64,000 bases of DNA from assembly GCF_006345805.1 (NCBI RefSeq), contig NC_043005.1, positions 55,490,001 through 55,554,000 of the forward strand, written 5' to 3'. The notes under the pieces are model-generated. The model was given only the letters and a program-made list of their open reading frames with translations. It had not been told where the DNA came from and made no database searches. Below, one piece after another: positions 53,946 through 64,000 of this stretch; the first letter of the stretch is position 1; each line of letters starts with the position of its first letter. A program made the translations under genes and the position numbers. Origin of the DNA: Octopus sinensis (taxonomy: Eukaryota).

Positions 53946-53981
<36 letters not shown>

Positions 53982-54060
53982 AATGATGAAGGTGGTGATG
54001 GTGATGATGATGATAATTATAACATCCACAACAACAACTACAATAATAATAATAATAATG

Positions 54061-54153
<93 letters not shown>

Positions 54154-54263
54154 ATAATAATAATAATATAATAATAAAAAATAATAAAAATAATAATAAT
54201 AATGATAATAATAATGGTTTTAAGGACAATAATAATAATGATAGTGATGGTGATGTTACAACT

Positions 54264-54319
<56 letters not shown>

Positions 54320-54332
54320 TAATAACAATAAC

Positions 54333-54370
<38 letters not shown>

Positions 54371-54758
54371 CAACAACAACAACAACAATCACAGTAAGCA
54401 ACACACGGTTAGCTAAAAAAAGAAATCTCACACACAAACACACACACACACATATGTGCACACGTACGTACACAGATTTCACAAAACAACAACAAAAAGA
54501 AATAGAAAGGTAAAAAAAAAGTATGTGAAGTAGAAAATACTAACAACATTAGCAACAATGGCAATACGAATGATCAGGATGATAATATCGGCAATGTCGG
54601 GGTGGGGTAGCAGCAATAGGTGGTGGTGGGGGTGATGGTGCTGGTAAGAATGATCATGATAAGGATGGTCGTTGTGATGATGATAACAATGCTGCTGCTG
54701 ATGATTGTGAGGATGAGGACAACGACGACAGCGATGATGATGATGATGATGATGATGT

Positions 54759-54799
<41 letters not shown>

Positions 54800-54873
54800 G
54801 TGATGATGACAATGATGATGGCGACAAGGATGCTGATGGTGATGACGATGATGGGGAAGATGATAAGTGATAA

Positions 54874-54957
<84 letters not shown>

Positions 54958-55130
54958 GAATGATAGCAATAATGTCGATGGTGATGATGACGGCAACAAG
55001 GACAATGACGACCACCACCACCACTACCACCATGATGATGATGATGATAAAAGCTATTCTTTTGTCCTTGTTCTTGTTATCTGTGGTTGTAGTTGTTGTT
55101 GCTGTTCTTACTGTTGTTGTCATTGCTATT
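53858..55130. repeat. Compound trinucleotide microsatellite (AAT/GAT/CTG/CAA)
   Basis: Direct inspection. Confidence 0.95.
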
Positions 55131-55721
55131 ATTACACAGATATTGGTACTAGGCAGTATGGTAGTTCTTTCTCCCACACCATTGCAGCAGCTCTGCCACT
55201 TAAGTGTCCAATGTGGTCTTTAAGACTGAAGTAAATAAAGACTTTAGATTATTGCTTGAACATTACTGACATTGTCAAATGTTATATTTATGCACACACA
55301 CACACACAGAGACACACATACACACATATGTATGTGTGTGTGTGTATATTATATATATATATATATACATACATACACTCATATATATATGTGTGTGTGC
55401 ATGTGTGTGTATATAATTTTATATATATATAAAATTATATATGTATATATATATATATATATAAGCATGTATGTATATACATTCTTATTTACATATATAT
55501 GCATCATATTTATATGGATATTTATGTGTGTGTATGTGTGTATGTGTGCATGTACCTATAGATATAGGCATACACATGTATACATATAAATATATATACG
55601 TATATATATACATATCTATCTATCTATCTATATATATATATATGTCTGTGTATGTGTATAGGTGTATATATATATATGGCTATATTCACACATACATATG
55701 TATATATGTGAAGATACATCT

Positions 55722-55814
<93 letters not shown>

Positions 55815-55822
55815 CAGATAGA

Positions 55823-55854
<32 letters not shown>

Positions 55855-56624
55855 TAGCTAGCTAAATAGACAGACACACATACATATCCTTACAAAACTG
55901 TAAGTATGTGTTTTTGTATTTATCTCTTTATGAATACAAATATATTGTGTGTATATGTATATTATGTATGTATGTGTGTGTAGTGTATGCGTGTATTGGT
56001 GTGTTTGTATATGTATTTATTTATATACAAGCACAAATGTATATATGCATATATGTATAGAGAGAGAGTTTTTTTTTTTTTAGTTTGGTTACTTTTTTTT
56101 AATCATCATCATCATCATCATCATCATCATTTAACATCCGTTCTCCATGCTAGCATGGGTTGGACGGTAGTGGTTAAGAATGGGCAGCAATTTATCCATG
56201 GCAGAATTTAGCCAAACATGCCATCAGACATGACAAGTGTGACGTTTATATATCTATAGAGTGAATTGTATTTTCGTAATGTAAATAGACATTCTTCACC
56301 TTTCAAACTATGTGTACAAAAAAAACACACACACACACACACGTGTATGTGTCTATGTGTGTGTGTGTGTTTGCATGCATGTATGTGTGTGCTTGTGTGG
56401 ACATATATAGATAAATATATATTATAATATATAATATATATATATATACATATATTACATATAATGCATATATGCATATATACATGTATATATCTGTCTA
56501 TCAATTTCTGTCTCTCTGAGTCTCATTACATATATACATCCATTCATACATATATATATATTATATATATATATAATAATATATATATATATATATATAT
56601 ATAGTATATATATATATAATACAT

Positions 56625-56677
<53 letters not shown>

Positions 56678-57388
56678 TATATATATATGCATATATGCAT
56701 ATATATGCATATATATATATATGTGTGTGCATACATGAGGTGTGTGTGTGTGTGTGTGTGTACATAGATTCAGTCATATGAATTAGAAGCTGTTGTTCTT
56801 TAAAAAGTGTCATATTTAAAAAAAAATCTCTGACTGCAAAGTGTTTTTAGGAATAGTCTTCAAATATTCTTCTTCTTCTTTTTTTCCTTCCTGAAGATTA
56901 TGGATTTCTATTTTCTATTTTTAACCATCATACTAACACTAGAAACAAAAATTGTCCTATGTGTCCACATTTCAAGTGTGCCATGCCAATTCCAAAGACA
57001 AGATTTGTTCTTAAAATTTATTTCTGATTTCCTTGAGACATTTCATATTTCAGAATACATACTTACTATAAATCATGTTCAGTGTTGTTTCATGTCATCT
57101 TTCACCTGAATATTTGATGTAATAGGTGTGATAAACATTAAGTTCCAACATTAATTATTAAATTCATTGGTGGGTGTTAGATAAGTCTCAGCAGACTTAA
57201 AATTGAACAGGTGTAACTCAGATTTTACTTTCAAAATACCCTGGAATATTTATTTCATATAAAGAGAGTAAAAACAAAAGAAAAAGACATATTAATTTAG
57301 TTGGAAATAAGATTTTGTTCTTAAACTGCTATATAATATTAAGATATTACTTTTATATGTATTTGTGCATATATATGTGTAAGAGCAC

Positions 57389-57443
<55 letters not shown>

Positions 57444-57453
57444 CTCTATAGCT

Positions 57454-57484
<31 letters not shown>

Positions 57485-57560
57485 TATATATATAACACAC
57501 ACCTATTTGTCTCACCCTCACACACTCTCTCTCTCTGTCTCTCTATCTCCATAATATATA

Positions 57561-57645
<85 letters not shown>

Positions 57646-57662
57646 TATATATATTTAATATA

Positions 57663-57715
<53 letters not shown>

Positions 57716-57717
57716 GT

Positions 57718-57801
<84 letters not shown>

Positions 57802-57877
57802 CAGACAGACACACACATACACACACACACTGACACACATGCACGCACACAACCCACACACACTCACACACACATTT

Positions 57878-58212
57878 CAATTCTTTTATTGCTTTACTTG
57901 TTTCAATCATTTGACTGCAGCCGTGCTGGAGCACTACCTTTAGTCAAGCAAGTCAATCCTATGACTTATTCTTTGTAAGCCTAGTACTTATTCTATCGCT
58001 CTCTTTTGCTGAACTACCAAGTTACGGGGTTACACACTCACACACACACACATATACGATGAGCTTCTTTCAGTTTCTGTCTACCAAATCCACTCACAAA
58101 AATTTGGTCAGCCCAAGGCTATAGTAAAAGACACTTGCCCAAGGTGCCACGCAGCAGTACTGAACCCAGAACCTTGTAGTTGGGAAGCAAACTTCTTACC
58201 ACACAGCCACTC
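57878..58212 (-). mobile_element. SINE family A
   Basis: Reverse complement of the 1686-2125 layout. Confidence 0.8.
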
Positions 58213-58339
58213 CATCATCATTATCATCATCATCATCATCATCATCACCATCGTTATCGTCATTGTAATGTTTACTTTTCCATGCCTACCTGAGTCCACA
58301 GATGCATAAACACACACACGAATACACTCAAGCACAACC

Positions 58340-59712
58340 TTCAAATGTTGGGCCTCATGGAGGCGATGACAAGTGACTGAGACCTTTGGAGATATGGTGC
58401 TTGAGAAGACCTAACAAGCCAAGTGAGAGCGTAACTGTGACATATGCCAGTGCAGCATAACTGGCCAATTTAAGAGTGCTCTTCAATCATTGGAGAATAA
58501 ACTGCATTTGCAAAGACCCGTTGAGGCAAGTGAAGTCTTTTTCATGGCCGATGAGAGTACCACCTGATTGGCATCCATACCGGTGGCATGTAAAAATCAC
58601 CATTTGAGCATGGTCGATGCTAGTGCTGGCTGATTGGTCCTGAGCCGGTGGCATACAAAAAGCACCTTTCAAGCCTGGTCATTGCCAGTACTGCCTGACT
58701 GGCCCTCATTGGTGGCATGTAAAAAGCACCCACTACGCTCTCAGAGTGGTTGGTGTTAGGAAGGGCATCAAGCTGTAGAAACCTTGCCAGATGAGATTGG
58801 AACCTGGTGCTGCCTTCTGGCTTGCCAGCCCTCAGTCAAACTGTCCAACCCATGCCACCATGGAAAGCTGACATTAAACGGCATTGATGATGATGATGAT
58901 GATGATATATATATATACACACACATATATCCATATATCAGTTAGTTGTTCATAAGTTCGAGAAAAGCACAATTTTTTTTAGCAGTAATGTTTAATGTAG
59001 TCATTGATTATGGCCAATTAGAACGTTACCACTGCAAAGGTAAAATGTCTGCCCAGCATGTTTGCCCAGCATGTCTGGTAAATTGCTACAAAGATAATAG
59101 ATATGAAACCAATGACTACTTTCTGACTGGCCATAACCAATGTCTCCATTAGACATACATATATATACATGCCGTGCTTGACAAGACTCATCAAGCCAAG
59201 TGAAATCACAATCATGTCCAATGCCAGTGTTATGTGACATGCACTCAGGCTCGTGGCATGTAAAAAGCACCCTTGATACAGTGGATGACATGCTGTGCTT
59301 GAGAAGACCAGTCAAGCCAAGTGAAATCACAGTCATAGCTGATGCCAGTGGCATGTAATTGGCACCTGTGCTAGTGACATGCTGAAAGCACCCTTAGAAT
59401 TTCGGATCTCATAGAGGTTAGTGACAAGTGGTTGAGACTTTTGGCAATACACCATGCTTGAGAAGACCTGTGAGAAGCCAAGTGAGATTGCAATCATGGC
59501 CAATGCTGGCGTTTTGCAATTGGCACCTGTGCCAGTGGCATGTAAAAAGCATGCACTACACTCTTGGAATGGTTGGCATTAGGAAGGGCATCCAGCTGTA
59601 GAAACCATGTCAAATCAGACTGAAACCTGGTGCAGCTCTCCAGTTTACCAGTTTTTAGTCAAACCGTCCAACCCATGCTAGCATGGAAAACGGACGTTAA
59701 ATGATGATGATG
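58340..59712 (+). mobile_element. Two RTE-associated 3' UTR copies with internal sub-repeats, each ending in (GAT)n
   Basis: Shared ...aaaagcaccc...ggaagggcatc...ccaacccatgc..gcatggaaa..gttaaa(tga)n end, also found after the RTE coding remnant at 63220-63435. Confidence 0.75.
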
Positions 59713-59769
59713 TTGGTCTTTTATCTTTTATCTTTTACTGGTTTCAGCCAGAGGCTGAGGCTTTGGTGG

Positions 59770-60140
59770 CACACTGCCTTTCAGCATGCTTGATTGATTG
59801 GGTTTCTTTTCTGTATTATTTCTGTTGAAGTAGTGAGACAGACAGAGCTGCTCTTCTTTGTGCCTTTTGCTATAATGTGAATTCATCTGGCATCTCAGGT
59901 AAAAATTTATCCAGACATTCTTTGAAGACATCTACCTCTACATTTACTCCTCACAAATCTCTGAGGCTGTTTGGCAGTATATTCAATAGATATGGACTGG
60001 GTCCTTATTCTATGTGGTTGGAATGGCTTCCAATTTGAAATTTAGGAGCTCGACCTAGGATCTTCCATATGTATATCACTACATATCTTTCACACCTTTC
60101 AAGGGAGTAGAGCTTCTGTTCCTTTAGCCTCTTCTGAAAG
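59770..60140 (-). pseudogene. CR1/L2-clade LINE RT C-terminal fragment
   Basis: LYSLERCERYVVIYIWKILG...LNILPNSLRDL...VDVFKECLDKFLPEMPDE. Confidence 0.75.
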
Positions 60141-61088
60141 TTCATTTGTTTCATGAATCAGTTTGTTTTGTGTATAGGCATTAACCTAGTCAAAGCTACC
60201 AAAACAAATTCAATGGTGAAGTAACATAGCAAAAATATTGATGTGAAAAATGAAAACACATTTAATGTAAGCCAGGGACCCCCTTCATTAGCAGCTAATT
60301 GGCTATCAATGTGATTTTGAAACCTCAAGACAGGATAATTACTTTAAAAGGTGTTGAATAGGCTTAGAAAATATAACCTGATGCTGATGGAAATATGCAA
60401 ACAAAAGCTTAAACTCAGTCTACAAAATGGCTTATGTATAAATCTTAGATACAACATACTTTATAAAATAATCATATAAAAATTAGTTACTAATAAATAC
60501 AGGAATACATAAAACACATGCAATGACAAATCTCATAACTTGTAAACATAAATATATAAAATAACAAAAAAAAGAAAACTACAAATAAATGATAATCAAT
60601 AAATCAATTTGCATAAATTAATCCAACCCATGGAAAACTGGATGATGATGGTGGTGCTACTGGTGGTAGTGGTGGTGGTGGTGGTTGTGGTGGTTATTAT
60701 TATTATTATCATTATTATTATTATTATTATTTTATTATCATCATCACCATCATTATCATTATTATATAAATAATTAAATGTTAATTTCCGATGGTGTCAA
60801 ACAGTCATAGAAAATATAGTGTAATGCTTTTTGAAATATAGAAACTAAAACGCTTGTGTCCTGACCACAAAGCACGGACATATAAATCTTAAATGTAATA
60901 TATAATATATGAAATAACACAAATGAATAACAACTACCAAATCAACTCGTATAAATTATTATATACTAATAAATAAAACATATGAAATATAGTATAACAA
61001 ACTCATAACTCATAAACACTAACATTTAAGACAAAAATAGCTGAAACACACAGATAAATAATTACAAAGGAATTAACATATATGAACA

Positions 61089-61153
<65 letters not shown>

Positions 61154-61426
61154 GTACTACTACATGAAAACAATGAGGAAATAGAAATGATGAAATTGTT
61201 ATAAACATACCTTGATTTATAAAAAGGATGAGATATTAAAGCATTATAATGAAAGGAAAGAAGCCAGATGTTTATCAGTAGCAATCTTCATCTCTCAGAC
61301 TCCGTTGAGCTTATATGTATGAAGACATACGCACACACACACATACATACACATCTATAAATACATGATCATGTCTGTGTGTGTGTGTGTGTGTGTTTGC
61401 ATACATGTGAGTGAGTGTATATTTGC

Positions 61427-61468
<42 letters not shown>

Positions 61469-61837
61469 TCGAACACAGGCACACACATGCACACATTTAC
61501 ATACATAAATATATATATATAATAACATGCATGCACAAACACACATGTATATATATAATTGATGAAGGCATTGCTTATAGCCACAAGCATGGCTGCATGT
61601 ATGAGAAGGTTATTTCCTGAATAAGCTATTATAGGTGAAACTTGAAGACCTGTTCAGCAGAATATATATATATAATAAATTTCATTCTAACAAGTGAATC
61701 CTTTCAGCCATAAATGTTTGTTTTGTAGCTGCTTTCACCTCTATAAGTTAAAACCTTAACATTAACACCAATTTCTGTGTATATGTATGTAAGTATGTAT
61801 GTATGTATGTATGTATGTATGTATGTATGTATGTATG

Positions 61838-61909
<72 letters not shown>

Positions 61910-61931
61910 AAGCTAGCTAGCTAGCTATCTG

Positions 61932-62033
<102 letters not shown>

Positions 62034-62629
62034 CATCATCATGATCATCGTTTAACATCTATCTTCAATACTGGCATGCGTTGGACGGTTCCACAAGAGC
62101 TGGCCAGGCCGAAGCCTGCACCAGAATTCTGTGACTTTTGGCAGGATTTTTACAGCTGGATGCCCTTTCAAGCACCAACCACTCAGCAAAGTAGACTTAA
62201 TGTTTTGTTACATGGCACATGCACAGGTGAGATGAGTAGTGCTTTTTTATGTGGCACAAGCACAAGCGAGGTCAGACACACAAACACACATCTAAAACTT
62301 GGAGTCTTATTATAGCAACCGAATAACTGTCACATATTATATTACAAATATATATATATATATATATATGTGGTCAAATCATATAATCAAGCATCAAAAA
62401 TAGCAATATCAAAGCAACAAGATGATGTGTACATAGGATGCATTAGTTTGACACTCAGTAAAGGGAGAGAGCTTTTGGTGTTCAAGCATAGCTATTCATC
62501 AGAAAAGAAAATAGAAGAGTCCAGAGGAGGAAAAGGTGCAGGTACAATAAGCACTAAAAATGTGCAGACAATAGACTCCCTCAAATGTTTCGCTGGTAGT
62601 GGTGGTGATGGTGGTGGTGGGGGTCATTA

Positions 62630-63434
62630 AAAGTAGTAGATAGCTTCTGTTACCTCGGAGACCAAGTTAGCAGTGGAGGAGGAAGTTATGAAAGTGTAGT
62701 TGCTAGAATAAGAGCGAGCTGGGCAAAGTTTACAGGCCTATGATTTTTGGTAACTAAGAGTAGATAGTATGTGCCTGTGTATAGACATGCAGTGAAACAT
62801 GGGCTTTAACTACAGAGGACTTGTGAAGGTTTGAAAAAATTGAAGCTAGCATGCTCCACTGGATGAGTAATGTCAGTGTGCATGCACAACAGAGTGTAAA
62901 TGATTTTAGAGGAAAACTGGGTAAAAGAGGCATCAGATGTTGTGTGTAATAGAGAAGATTGTGCTGGTTTTGTCATAAGATGAGGACAGCTGCATAAAGA
63001 AGTGCCAAGCTCTGTGTAGGTTACTTGTGGAAGGAGTAGACCCAAGAAGACATGGAATGAAGTAGTGAGAAAGGATCTTCGAACTCTGGGCCTCACAAAG
63101 GAAATGACAAGGGACCAAGTGATGTGGCAATTTGCTGTACCTGATAAGACACATCAAGCAAAGTAAAACCACTGTCTTCCACACATACAAGATTGTCCTT
63201 TCAGGTGCTGCTGCCACTTAAAAAGCACCCATGCTGGTGGCACGTAAAGATCATCCAGCACACTATGTTTAGTGGTTGTCAATAAGATGAGTATCCAGCT
63301 GTAGAAATCATGCCACAACAGACAACTGGAGTTTGGACAGCCCCCTGCTAGCCAGCTCCATGTCAAACCATCCAACCCATGCCAGCATGGAAAACAGATA
63401 TTAAACAACAATGAGGATGATGATGATGATGATG

Positions 63435-63435
<1 letters not shown>
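62630..63435 (+). mobile_element. RTE LINE 3' fragment with 3' UTR
   Basis: VDSFCYLGDQVSSGGG...ARIRASWAKF...RPKKTWNEVVRKDL...; (GAT)n tail. Confidence 0.85.
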
Positions 63436-63507
<72 letters not shown>

Positions 63508-63647
63508 AGTAAGGGCAAAAGAAAAAATTTCTAATGCCAAAATATGCCGAAAATAGACACAACGTCAATAACCATGTAATTTATCACTACAAGCATGCAA
63601 CTCGAAGAAGGCTGACAGAAATTTCTAAAATATCCCGTTATTACCAT

Positions 63648-63699
63648 ATCAGACCCGATTTCAGAGTTAGTTCATAAGAACCTTCCCTTCATCAGTGAT
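63648..63699 (-). ncRNA. Type I hammerhead ribozyme motif
   Basis: AUCA-CUGAUGA-AGGGAAGGUUC-UUAU-GAACUAACUCU-GAAA-UCGGGUC|UGAU. Confidence 0.75.
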
Positions 63700-64000
63700 G
63701 ATTTCATGAAAATCATCACTGATATAAAAAATATTTATATACCAAACTTTGCATATAAATACTTAGAAAAAAATACACATCAAACTGGAATTTCTCTATT
63801 ATATGTGAATACTGAAAAGTATATATAAAGCTGCTATTTCTATAATATACATAGAGAAATATATGTAACAAGCTTTTATTTTGACAACATACATATTTAT
63901 GGCTGCAAAATAAACTTCTTAACACATCAGCCACACTGTATCAACCTACACATATATATGTATATATATATATATGCATGTATTTATGTATGTATTATAT

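Noticed and set aside
59002-59142. 15-bp imperfect inverted repeat
   Set aside because: Too short and lacking a TSD to call a MITE or structured RNA.

Overview
AT-rich, microsatellite-saturated animal genomic DNA. The SINE/LINE repertoire looks like that of Octopus/cephalopods (recalled resemblance, not a database result). No intact host protein-coding gene is recognisable, and nearly all long ORFs in the track are microsatellite read-throughs. The window is a transposon graveyard containing tRNA-derived SINE families, R4/Dong-like LINE ends in (TAA)n, RTE and CR1/L2 fragments, two mariners, piggyBac- and Tc1-type MITEs, a short Helitron and Penelope-like (PLE) RT remnants. The most striking signal is about 15 type I hammerhead ribozyme (HHR) motifs of several families in short, mostly non-coding units, most of which abut (TA)n. 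The best case is a very young 459-bp x 2.2 tandem array (44272-45262) with a canonical HHR in each full unit, i.e. retrozyme-like and predicted to release a 459-nt circularisable RNA. Two other partial-tandem HHR units (391 and 365 bp) are present. Some families carry recurrent non-canonical cores, notably a compensatory G3-C8 swap (GUGAACA). All structures were folded by eye and need computational and biochemical confirmation.
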